The notes under the pieces were generated by a model. That model did not search any database and was not told the origin of the DNA. It saw nothing but the letters and a program-made list of their open reading frames with translations. A program made the position numbers and the translations under genes. Below are positions 37,029 to 46,808 of a DNA stretch of 64,000 nucleotides, one piece after another. The stretch comes from a virus, in the IMG/VR virus record IMGVR_UViG_3300043395_003072, positions 32,001 to 96,000 of that record, one strand, 5' to 3'. How positions within the stretch are numbered: the stretch's first letter is position 1; each line of letters starts with the position of its first letter.

Positions 37029-39855
37029 GATTTAAATTATAAATAATAGGCGAATAATATTTTTCTATTCCTTCAAGATTTAATCCATCTGGTTTTTCTA
37101 ACCATAAGAATTTGATCTTATTATTAACTGGAAGCAGCTCCTCGGTATATACTGAGATTCCGTTTTCAATTTTAATATTAGTTATCTCTTTAAAGATATC
37201 ATACTCAAAGTAAACATCTGCAATTGAGTAAGATACATCTTTAATCGTACTAGCTTCTATAGCTTCTTCTGTATAGATAACTCCATTTGTATAATCTACT
37301 GAGTACTTCAATACTTCTTCTTTGGTTCCAAGATAATAGTACTCTACACTATAGCCTTTACTAATAGAGTCTTCTTCTTTTAAATCTATGGTGCACACTC
37401 TTCCGTTTACAGTAGCAGTGCCTAATTCTTCGTTTCCTTTGAAAACCTTTACTTTAAATCCTTTTTCTAGATAGGGAATTTCTACTAAAGTAAAACTTAC
37501 TTTTCCAGATAAGTTCTTTTCTATATTTGGTACTGGATCGTTTTCCATGAAGTTGAGGTTCAAGAACTCTGTGAAGCCGTCAATATAATCTACTTCCTTG
37601 TATAAAACATCTTCTCCAAACAAATCTTCACTTAAAGTTAAACTTCCTTCAATAATATTACTGTGCTTCATTATAAAGCATTGGTTACTATCACTCGTTC
37701 CTCTTCTCTCTACGTAGCTTTTATTTATAGAGTCGTAACTTCTTGTAGAGCTTTCTTTTAGCTTCTGAGTTATTTCATCTATATATAGGCTATCTTCATA
37801 GAAATATAATCCATTAATTACATTTTCCTTAGCCCATATTTCGTATTCATTTTTATTTAAAGTCTTTTCTTTGAAGAATTTATAGATGCATTTTCTTTCA
37901 GCAGTAGAATTAGCATCATAGTAAAGTATTCCGTCTTGGCTATTTAGCTCAAAATCTTCCACTGCTTCTTTAATCCAAATATTGTTTTCCAGATAGAAAA
38001 GCTCAAAGCTATCTGAGTCTAGATTCTCTTCTTTTAAAAAGAAACGAGACTCTTCTTTAGGTAAAAATTCAGTAACCCTCTCTGAGCTTCCATATAGAGA
38101 GGTTACTTTAATTTCATCTTTATCATAATCAAAACTCTCGTTGATTGGAGAGTAGTAGCCTTCAGGTTTCTTTATTATGGAGGCCCTTAACGGTATCAAA
38201 GATAGCTTTGGCAAGTAAGTTCCACCAGTAAGATTTACAACTATCTCTTTACCATTCTCTCTTACGTAAAAACTTCCATTTGAAACTACTTCTGCCTCAG
38301 TACTTTTATTTACCCAGTACTCATTATTCATCTGAAGCTTTATCTCACTACGCTTTATATTGCTCTTATTGAGATTGTAAGGTAACGGAATAATATTCTT
38401 ACCCTGGTTACTTACTGTACCGAGGCTAATTCCATTTTCTTTTCTAGAGAGAACTTTAGGTTGAACAACTTTCAATGTTTTCCCATTGAAGCTTTCTAAG
38501 CTGTAGTTCACTGGAGATATATTTCTATTTATATTCTTTGTTACTTTTTGAACATTCGCAAAGAAGTTCTCTGTAACTATATCTTCTATAAGATTATTTT
38601 CTCTTGTTAATTTATAATTAAAAATTAACTCTTTTGACTTTCCGTCTAATATAGCTAGATTGTTTGTAATATCTAAGTACTCGCCACCTTTATCAAAACT
38701 AACTTTTAGGTCTTCCATATAAGTAGCTGATTTAACCGGAAATAAAGATCTTGTCCCTTTCAAAGAGTAAAGTCCTTCTGGGGTTTGGTAAACAGAGGAA
38801 CTTAACTCGCCGCTCTCTTTATAAACGTTAGAGTAAAATTCTAAGTTCTTTATTCCTAGCCCAAATACTTTCTCTCCCACGCTATTGCTATACTCAGAAG
38901 TTTCTAAAGTAATTGCAATCTTAATTGCTCGTACTGGTAAATGCTTAATGGGTAGTGAATCTGAGTAAGTGTAAGAGTCTAAATTTAACTGTTGATAGCT
39001 TTTATTAATCAACGAATCTAAGCTAACTCTTCTCCCATTACTATCTGTATAGATGAGCTCTTTTATTTTAAAAGATAAGCTCCCATTAGTATTCATTCTT
39101 CCGATTACTACTTCGTTGATAATCTCTTCTCTATTTAAATCTAATATTAGTTTTACTTTTAAGGGGCCGCTACCTTTCTTGTGTATCTCAAAACAAGTAT
39201 CAGGATTCTCATCTATTAGATTGTAGATTAGCTTATTCTTCCCAGTCTCTGGGTTGCCTGGTATCCCATTACTTTCCTTTGAGATTAATATTTTGTTAAT
39301 CCCGACCTTGCTTCTTTTCTCAATAGGCAGTGTCGCTACTTCAGCTACAGTATCTACACTTAAACTAACGCTACTATTTCTAGAATTATCAATATTATAT
39401 AAATTTATAAAATCTTCTTTGATTGCAAACTTAACACTATCTTTGAATTTAGAAATTAAAGACGCCTTTTTTCTAAGCTCGTTTGTCTTTCCAATCAAAC
39501 CAAGCTTTTTAACTTCTATCTTATTGTAATATTCTTTAATTAAATCTAATAAGCGTTTCTCAAGAAATACAATCTCTTTAATCTTATAATCAATTAAAGC
39601 TTTTTCATTTACTTCTTGTTCAATATTTAGCTGAGTAAAAGTGTTTCTCTTTAGTACTCTTGTATGTAAAAGTTCCTTATAAGCTTCAATATCTAAAGCT
39701 AAAGATTCAGCTGCATTTCTTTCTTCTACGGTTATGAAACTACTACTCTGGATGGATGATACTAACGACTCTTGAAGTGCTAAATTAGGCCTGTTTATTA
39801 AGCTATTAAATGACATTTGATGTTGCTCCGTATTGGCTCTCTTCAAAAGTTTCAT
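37015..39855 (-). CDS. Putative virion structural protein (likely start ATG 39816)
   Basis: Coiled coil, EDF.., discoidin-like LIDENPDT..LILDL segment, repeated 'YSVDYTNGVIY'-type strands. Confidence 0.5.
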   Translation of the reverse strand: MKLLKRANTEQHQMSFNSLINRPNLALQESLVSSIQSSSFITVEERNAAESLALDIEAYKELLHTRVLKRNTFTQLNIEQEVNEKALIDYKIKEIVFLEKRLLDLIKEYYNKIEVKKLGLIGKTNELRKKASLISKFKDSVKFAIKEDFINLYNIDNSRNSSVSLSVDTVAEVATLPIEKRSKVGINKILISKESNGIPGNPETGKNKLIYNLIDENPDTCFEIHKKGSGPLKVKLILDLNREEIINEVVIGRMNTNGSLSFKIKELIYTDSNGRRVSLDSLINKSYQQLNLDSYTYSDSLPIKHLPVRAIKIAITLETSEYSNSVGEKVFGLGIKNLEFYSNVYKESGELSSSVYQTPEGLYSLKGTRSLFPVKSATYMEDLKVSFDKGGEYLDITNNLAILDGKSKELIFNYKLTRENNLIEDIVTENFFANVQKVTKNINRNISPVNYSLESFNGKTLKVVQPKVLSRKENGISLGTVSNQGKNIIPLPYNLNKSNIKRSEIKLQMNNEYWVNKSTEAEVVSNGSFYVRENGKEIVVNLTGGTYLPKLSLIPLRASIIKKPEGYYSPINESFDYDKDEIKVTSLYGSSERVTEFLPKEESRFFLKEENLDSDSFELFYLENNIWIKEAVEDFELNSQDGILYYDANSTAERKCIYKFFKEKTLNKNEYEIWAKENVINGLYFYEDSLYIDEITQKLKESSTRSYDSINKSYVERRGTSDSNQCFIMKHSNIIEGSLTLSEDLFGEDVLYKEVDYIDGFTEFLNLNFMENDPVPNIEKNLSGKVSFTLVEIPYLEKGFKVKVFKGNEELGTATVNGRVCTIDLKEEDSISKGYSVEYYYLGTKEEVLKYSVDYTNGVIYTEEAIEASTIKDVSYSIADVYFEYDIFKEITNIKIENGISVYTEELLPVNNKIKFLWLEKPDGLNLEGIEKYYSPIIYNLNLEMA

Positions 39856-41686
39856 ACTCTATATAAGCTTGCTCATCTTGAGCTTTCTCTTCTATCAGCA
39901 CCCTGTACTTAGAAAGTATACTGGATTCATTCATCTTGCTTTCGCTTCTAAATATTAACCTTGGTCTTATAAAACCAAAACTATCAGAGAGAAGCTTTGA
40001 GAATATCACTTCGCCATTTACCAATTTTAAGGCTTTGATTTCATCTAAGTAAAACTCGTCATCAAGTATATACTCTACTGTATATACTGATTCAAACTCT
40101 GGAAAAGACTTTAGCTTTATCCAAAAATAACCAGCTATCTTTTCTTTGATCTTCTTGCTCAGCTCTTCTGAAGTTATTACTGTTTCTTCAAAGGAGTCTT
40201 TTTCGTTAATAGAAACAAAGTAGTCATTAAACATTGTTAATAATTCTTTGTTTCCATTCTTAGTTTTATAAACCTTAATGCTGTTAGATAAATTTATATC
40301 TTTATTTATCTTAGGGAAAAGTAAAACTTTAGCTTCTCTGTTCTTAAAAACTAAGACTTCTTTTTCTTGATACTTTCCATTTGGAAGTGAAATTACTTTA
40401 TTGTATCTTGGGGTTTTAAAGCTTTTATTTTTAAAAGCTTCTATGTTTGTTTCCCCATAGAGTACAACATGTAAGCTCTTCTCAATAAAGCATTCAGGGT
40501 CTTCATAGATTAATTTATAATCCATAAAAGCTGATATAGGTTTACTTACTGGAACTATTTCAGCTTCTCTATAAAAACCAAAAGCCTTATTAATTCTAAG
40601 TGAAGTTTTTATTTGTTTAATTGAAAGATCATATATTCTATAAGATTCACTCTCCTGGAGTACTGGATACTTATTCAAATAAGATTTAAAAATGAGCTCA
40701 TCTTCTTTAGATGATTCGCTATAGCTAACATTCTCAAAATACTTTGTTTGAATTAGCTTTATCTTTAATTTTTTAGTTCTAGTCTTATTGAAGAAAACTT
40801 GTTTTCTATTATACTCCTCTGAGACACAAACACCTTCTAGAGCTTTCCAACCAAACTGCTCATCAAAATAGAATATGTTTCCTGTCTCTAGGTTTACTGG
40901 TAGAGATGATGCGCTCTCTACGAACAGATGATTAAGCTCTTGTTCTCCATTGAATCTCAATACAAGGCTTACCGATACTGGTCTATGCACTCTTCTCTGA
41001 CCATCTAAAGAGTTTTCCTTCTTGCCAACTATATACTTCCAGGTTCTATCTTCCCTGATTAAATCAAAGTTATCTTTGCTTATATCTATAGGCTTATAGG
41101 TGTCTCCAAGGAAAGACTCTTCTGCTAGTAAGTCTATTTTTACAATAGATAGCTTTTGTTCATAGAGTAATGGAGACTCAATTGAGTCATCTTTAAATGA
41201 TACTTGATCTTCCTTTGTAAAACGCATCCCCGTTTTGGAATCTACTAAATCATAAGACTCTTGAAAGTCTTTCTCTTTAAATAAAGAGACTACTTTTACT
41301 TTGTTGTATTTGCTGTTTAATTTTAAATTAATCTCTTCTATCTGATCTTTAAATACTTTTAAATCTTTATTAAAAGACTTAAACCAGTTTTCAGTTTTGT
41401 TATAAAACGAATCTAATACTTGATCTACTGTTTTCATTTTTGAGTTGTACATATAAAGCATATAGCTTAGGTTCTTGAAACTAAAAGAAAACTCTTCAGC
41501 TCTTATAAGTCTATCGTATTTTAAATCTTGAAATTTAAAACGTTCAAACTCAGATATCCTTGATAATAAAAAAGCCTCGATATCTCTATCGAGGTCTTTA
41601 ATTCTAGAATCGCCTCTTAAGGAGAGTCTATATTTTGCTGCATCCCGCGCAGCAAATGTAAAATCAAATAGTTCATTACGAATCAT
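39806..41686 (-). CDS. Putative virion structural protein
   Basis: Similar coiled-coil plus beta layout; coupled within the tail operon. Confidence 0.5.
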   Translation of the reverse strand: MIRNELFDFTFAARDAAKYRLSLRGDSRIKDLDRDIEAFLLSRISEFERFKFQDLKYDRLIRAEEFSFSFKNLSYMLYMYNSKMKTVDQVLDSFYNKTENWFKSFNKDLKVFKDQIEEINLKLNSKYNKVKVVSLFKEKDFQESYDLVDSKTGMRFTKEDQVSFKDDSIESPLLYEQKLSIVKIDLLAEESFLGDTYKPIDISKDNFDLIREDRTWKYIVGKKENSLDGQRRVHRPVSVSLVLRFNGEQELNHLFVESASSLPVNLETGNIFYFDEQFGWKALEGVCVSEEYNRKQVFFNKTRTKKLKIKLIQTKYFENVSYSESSKEDELIFKSYLNKYPVLQESESYRIYDLSIKQIKTSLRINKAFGFYREAEIVPVSKPISAFMDYKLIYEDPECFIEKSLHVVLYGETNIEAFKNKSFKTPRYNKVISLPNGKYQEKEVLVFKNREAKVLLFPKINKDINLSNSIKVYKTKNGNKELLTMFNDYFVSINEKDSFEETVITSEELSKKIKEKIAGYFWIKLKSFPEFESVYTVEYILDDEFYLDEIKALKLVNGEVIFSKLLSDSFGFIRPRLIFRSESKMNESSILSKYRVLIEEKAQDEQAYIEYETFEESQYGATSNVI

Positions 41687-42116
41687 CTATTTCAACTCCT
41701 ATGTAGAGTCGCCTTGTATCGGCTGTATCATTTCCAATGAACTTTAATTTTACAGTAAAAGTTCCAGCGTTATCTAGAACTGCTTGTGGTAGCAATATTT
41801 TATTTCTATAACTACTACCATTTTCTAAATTAAAAGCAATCCACTCTTCATTTATTTCTACAAATAAACCCTTAGGTTCCTCTAAGGAACCCCAGTGAAT
41901 TATATCGTTATAATCTTTACTTAAGCTATTTTCTATAGGGTAGCTTATTTCTCCTAAAGTACTGCTAGCTTTTAGATAAATACCTGGACTAGTAGTAGCT
42001 TTATCACTAAACACCTGAAAAGAAATATCTTCCCCAGCTAAAAGTTCAGATCTAAGTTTTAACAAGTCTGATTCTTGCAAAACCTCTCCTGTTATTTTTC
42101 TGAATATAAAACTCAT
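41676..42116 (-). CDS. Hypothetical structural protein
   Basis: Coupled ORF in the tail operon. Confidence 0.5.
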   Translation of the reverse strand: MSFIFRKITGEVLQESDLLKLRSELLAGEDISFQVFSDKATTSPGIYLKASSTLGEISYPIENSLSKDYNDIIHWGSLEEPKGLFVEINEEWIAFNLENGSSYRNKILLPQAVLDNAGTFTVKLKFIGNDTADTRRLYIGVEIDDS

Positions 42117-44128
42117 GTTGCCATAACTCCAAAAGTGTTTCCGTCAGGATATTTATCAAATCTACACTTGTAGTAATAAACCTTACCTATCTCTACTTCA
42201 TCATCTATATATTCAATTACTTCCTCTTCATCAGAAATAATTTCAGCTATATCAATGAAGCCAAAACCATTCTCAATCTTCTTACTAAGAATGTAACTAC
42301 CTTCACCTTCCCAGCTTATTGTTAACTTTATTTCACCGCTAATAGAGTTATCTAAAGATAAGCTTGGCTTCGGATATACATAGTCTACAATGATATCTAT
42401 ACCATGGGGAAGTTTCCTTCTTAATAATGACTCTACTTCTTCTGGCGTATAATCTCCACCCATGTTTTGAAGCAAATCTATTGGCGCTTCTAAATACAAG
42501 ATGTTATTCTTTTGAACTACTTGTCCAAACTCGCCATACCCGTGTTTAGACTGCAAGATCTTCCATTGGTTAGCAAGTAAATCTTTGTAGTTGTTCTCAT
42601 TGGTATAAGTAGCTTCTTTAACTTCTACTTGGTTTATTTCATCTAAGTAGAAATCCTCTTCTAGAGAAACTTCTCCTAGTTCCATGTACTGGTATGAGTT
42701 TTCATATCCATAACAATAGTTTGCTCTAAATTCCCTGATATTCATTCCAATAACAGTACTCGTATTAAACACTGCTCCAACCTTGAGTTTCTTTGAATCT
42801 TCTGAACATTCAAGTATTCTTCCATCTTCATCAAGTACTAAGTGATGTATGCTTCTTGAACCCCTAGCAGCATTACTTAATAAATAGAAATAATACTTAT
42901 TATAAATCATGTTCTTGTTTTCTAGAGGGTTTACAGAGATTTGACTATAAAGATAGCAGTCAGTCTTGTAACAAAAATCTGCTTTGATTATTTGACTAGC
43001 GTCTATATCAAACTTCATCTCTACAAAGCCATTGAACTCATCCCACGAGTCAATATCGTTATCATACTTTATCTGCGTATTTGAATACCTGGTACCTACT
43101 TTTCTTAATTCTGTTGTTGAGCATTTAACAAGATTCTCTAATTCATCATAAATAAAAATATTTAAATGAATTTCATCTTCAATTTTAACTTTAATTTTAT
43201 TAACAGGAAGTTTAATTATATTTCTTTTAACAAGATTACATGTTTTATTATGAAGCTTAATTAAACCAAATTCAGGGTCAAATGGTTGATTCTCAAATTC
43301 AGGCAACCAGTATTTCTTTTTATCAAGCACCCAACCATTTTGTACTCTGAGTATCCATGGATTTTCCAAAGAGAAACTCTCTGGTTTTATTAATCTAATA
43401 AGATTCTCTTCAGAGCCTCTTACATAAAGTTTTTGACTTGTTAAATCACAAGCGTCTATCTCGTCAAAATTTACTTTGAAGTAATAACCAGTCTCCTGCT
43501 CTTCCTTAGTGTATACATCTCCCACCAAGTCTCCTGACTCTAAATCAATATCTTCCCAGCTAGCTTCTTTTATTGCTGATACAAGATTAAGTAAATCATT
43601 AACTCTATTTCCTGAAGCATCTACTCCTGTTACAAAATAAACTCTATAACTTCCGGTTTCTGGATTGTAGAAGTTTTTATAATTAGTATATATCCAATCA
43701 TTTACTATTTTGAATCCATTGCTAACAGAGAACTCATCTCCACTTTCTATATAATGTATCTTGGCTTCTTTAAGAGGCTTGTAGTGCTTATAGTAGAGTG
43801 GTTCTTCTTTGCCTTCAATGTTTATATATGTTTTATTAGTTAATTCTACATTTGAATAAGGCGAGTAAAATGCATTGCCTTCTATCTCAATCTCTGAATT
43901 TCTTTTTAGAAAGTTTGGATTATTAGAAGGCACTCTCCAAGAAAGATCATTTATATAAAGATTATCTCTTGAGTTTACTTCTTCTGATTCTAGATAGCTT
44001 ATAGCTACGCTTCTATCATCAATGAATTTAGAAAACTCAAGTCGCTCTAAAGGAGAGTTTACTACTGAAATTACGTTCAGTATTAACTCTTCAGAAAGAC
44101 TTTGATTTATAAGCTCTAGATTAAGCAT
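42113..44128 (-). CDS. Putative structural protein with C-terminal Fn3-like domain
   Basis: IKLTISWEG..YIL....EYIDDEVEIGKVYYYK Fn3 signature. Confidence 0.55.
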   Translation of the reverse strand: MLNLELINQSLSEELILNVISVVNSPLERLEFSKFIDDRSVAISYLESEEVNSRDNLYINDLSWRVPSNNPNFLKRNSEIEIEGNAFYSPYSNVELTNKTYINIEGKEEPLYYKHYKPLKEAKIHYIESGDEFSVSNGFKIVNDWIYTNYKNFYNPETGSYRVYFVTGVDASGNRVNDLLNLVSAIKEASWEDIDLESGDLVGDVYTKEEQETGYYFKVNFDEIDACDLTSQKLYVRGSEENLIRLIKPESFSLENPWILRVQNGWVLDKKKYWLPEFENQPFDPEFGLIKLHNKTCNLVKRNIIKLPVNKIKVKIEDEIHLNIFIYDELENLVKCSTTELRKVGTRYSNTQIKYDNDIDSWDEFNGFVEMKFDIDASQIIKADFCYKTDCYLYSQISVNPLENKNMIYNKYYFYLLSNAARGSRSIHHLVLDEDGRILECSEDSKKLKVGAVFNTSTVIGMNIREFRANYCYGYENSYQYMELGEVSLEEDFYLDEINQVEVKEATYTNENNYKDLLANQWKILQSKHGYGEFGQVVQKNNILYLEAPIDLLQNMGGDYTPEEVESLLRRKLPHGIDIIVDYVYPKPSLSLDNSISGEIKLTISWEGEGSYILSKKIENGFGFIDIAEIISDEEEVIEYIDDEVEIGKVYYYKCRFDKYPDGNTFGVMAT

Positions 44129-46799
44129 TTACATATCTGCCAGTAATATTTACGATTGCATCGTTTAAGTTTTCTATTATTTCTACTTCAAATCTAATAT
44201 CATTCATCAACACTCTTCTAAATCCTACTGGCGCATCTGCTTGAAAAAGGTTTTCTGCCGAATTTACAGAATTAAAACAAAGCTCTAATAAATTTACATT
44301 ATTTCCAGCTTCTACAAATACGTTTCTTTTATACTCTGTTCCTAATCCAGCATTATATTCATGCATTTTAAAATGTACATATTTTGGTTTATCGAATCTT
44401 ACTAAATAATTAGTTCCACTTATTCTAAAATCTGCTGTAAAATAATCTGACTTATTTATAATTAAGCTTTTTTTGTTTTTTTGATTAAAGTTTTGAAATT
44501 GGAATATAATGTTTTTATTACCAGTAGTATTGTAAACTTCTCTATCGTTTTCTAAAAAGTTTCCTATCATTTCATAATTTAAAAATTTAAAATCAACTTC
44601 TTCTTGAAGAAGATAAGCTGTTATGTTCTCAATTTTTTCTTCATTATCGAAAGAAGTAGTTTGAAATACACTATTTTTATTATTTAAAGCTTCAAACAAA
44701 TAATTTTTTGAGCGTATAAATATTCTATAAGGATCTACAATTTCATAATCACTTAACTGGTAATTATAAATATATTTTTTATCAAATCCAGAAACATCAA
44801 AAGTATTAAATATGCTAGGCTCTTCTTCATCGTCTAACAAATCTAGAAAACCAGCTTCAGCCCATCTTCCATCTGAAACCTTTACAGAGTCAAAAAAACT
44901 TTTTGTATTTTGTGTTGTACTTATTTTTTGATCTATTTCATAAGTTTCTTTTAAATAATTTGAATCTACTTTTTGTACAATCAAACCTCTTTTATAGAGG
45001 TAGTCCAAGGTTTCAGATATATTATAATATTTTGTATCTTTAGCTTTGGATTCTAAAATTATATTATCAGATAATATATCTATATTATTTTGTTTTAACT
45101 CAACTTTCTCTTTATTTAAAATAATCGAGCCATCATTATCACTATCTAATGCATTTACATAAGCTTTAAAATATTCTTCTTCCTCAGCTTTTTCTTTAAT
45201 TTCTATTTCAAATTTATTACTTTGAGTCTCAATACTTTCTTCTGAAATAATCCTTATCAATCTTCCTGAGTTAATTTGAGTTTGATCGCTGCTATAGCTA
45301 AGTATGTTTTGTGTATCAAGCTCAATCGCTTCTCCATTTCCTTCAAGAATTTTAGGAGTGTGAAGATTGATCCCGTACATAGCCTCTAAATTTATTCCTC
45401 CAGCTTCTACATTTATTGCTTTATAGTTACTATTAGTTATTTTAAGATCTGCACTATCCTCTCTATAGATTGCACAATCTGGACTTGTAAACAAAATAGG
45501 TTGGCTTTGATAACCTTCTGTAGTCTCTAATGTTGGTGAATTTTTTATAACAGTATTAACTATAGGGCTAAGTGAGTTAAAGCTTGTAGCTCCCATTAAT
45601 AACGTACCAAGCATTGCGTTGTTACCATTGTTCAAATTAGAATCTAAAGAAAAGCCACTCCGATGAAGATACATGGGAAAATGGTTATTTGGTATAGAAG
45701 ACTCTCCATATACTACACTAGAGTACTCAGAGAATTTATCTATAAGGCTTTTAACGCTAATCCTACCTTCACCGAAGCTTCCATCGTGCTTGTGAAGATG
45801 CAGCTTATTTCTTAGATCGTCAATGCTCGTAGTAATATCAGTACCTACAGTAATAACGCAAAACTCATGATCTACGCAAAGTGAAACACCTTTGATATGA
45901 ATCTCAGTTGGACTAATAAAATAATAATTAGCGTTTTGATAAACTTCGTTAGTAGTTAAGTTCTTTACTACAAGAAATCCTTCAGGGATTGAGTCTCCAT
46001 TTTCAAACCTAGGCAGATCTCCTTCCCACATCCACCCAGGAAGTTTAAGCTCTACCCCATTGTTAAACTCTCCAGCATTTAAAGAGCTTAATAGCAAAGA
46101 GTCTTTTGATTTAATTCCTGATTGTTGATGAGTGCAATTTCCTAGATCAATTGAGTAAGCGTTAACTTCATTAGCTAAGGCTACTACTGAAAGTTTACTT
46201 GGTTGATTAGGATCAGGAATAACATTGAAGCTTGCGCCTTCGTAGTTAGGTCCTCCAAATATTCCTTCGCTTGAAGTCTCATAAATTAAGCTTCTATTTA
46301 CTCCACCTGGAGTTGTATTTGAAAAATAGATAATACCGTTACTTACTCTAAATTGATTTGTTCCAGTAAAGTAATCGGTTTCTACTCTTGTAAGAACTGC
46401 TCCGCCTCCAGCTGAAAAGCTTCCATCATTATAAGGATAAGCTAGAGTATATTCCATTACTAAGCCAGAAATACTCTCTGCCACTAGCTTATCAAATTTA
46501 AGCATCTTAGGATTCAAGTTGCTAGCAGGTCCAATTAGCCTTGCAAGGTTTACTATGTCTAACGGTCTGCCTTCAGGGTTAGGCTCGTAAGGGTTCCAGG
46601 CACCAGTTAAATGCGTGTACTTATTAGCATCAGAGACATGAGGATATCCTTGGTCTCTAATATCGCCAATAGCTTTTGAGATATCTCTAAGAGATCTAGC
46701 GAAGTATTCGTTCGCTGCGTTAAACTTATCAGCTGAAGGCTTTTCTCCGGCTGAAAACTTAATAATATTAGAAGTGAGTGTATGTAGTTTGTCAGCCAT
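44121..46799 (-). CDS. Putative tail/baseplate structural protein
   Basis: N-terminal FSAGEKPSADKFNA, HxHDG fibre-type motif, beta-strand repeats. Confidence 0.5.
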   Translation of the reverse strand: MADKLHTLTSNIIKFSAGEKPSADKFNAANEYFARSLRDISKAIGDIRDQGYPHVSDANKYTHLTGAWNPYEPNPEGRPLDIVNLARLIGPASNLNPKMLKFDKLVAESISGLVMEYTLAYPYNDGSFSAGGGAVLTRVETDYFTGTNQFRVSNGIIYFSNTTPGGVNRSLIYETSSEGIFGGPNYEGASFNVIPDPNQPSKLSVVALANEVNAYSIDLGNCTHQQSGIKSKDSLLLSSLNAGEFNNGVELKLPGWMWEGDLPRFENGDSIPEGFLVVKNLTTNEVYQNANYYFISPTEIHIKGVSLCVDHEFCVITVGTDITTSIDDLRNKLHLHKHDGSFGEGRISVKSLIDKFSEYSSVVYGESSIPNNHFPMYLHRSGFSLDSNLNNGNNAMLGTLLMGATSFNSLSPIVNTVIKNSPTLETTEGYQSQPILFTSPDCAIYREDSADLKITNSNYKAINVEAGGINLEAMYGINLHTPKILEGNGEAIELDTQNILSYSSDQTQINSGRLIRIISEESIETQSNKFEIEIKEKAEEEEYFKAYVNALDSDNDGSIILNKEKVELKQNNIDILSDNIILESKAKDTKYYNISETLDYLYKRGLIVQKVDSNYLKETYEIDQKISTTQNTKSFFDSVKVSDGRWAEAGFLDLLDDEEEPSIFNTFDVSGFDKKYIYNYQLSDYEIVDPYRIFIRSKNYLFEALNNKNSVFQTTSFDNEEKIENITAYLLQEEVDFKFLNYEMIGNFLENDREVYNTTGNKNIIFQFQNFNQKNKKSLIINKSDYFTADFRISGTNYLVRFDKPKYVHFKMHEYNAGLGTEYKRNVFVEAGNNVNLLELCFNSVNSAENLFQADAPVGFRRVLMNDIRFEVEIIENLNDAIVNITGRYVNA

Positions 46800-46808
46800 T
46801 TTGATCTC

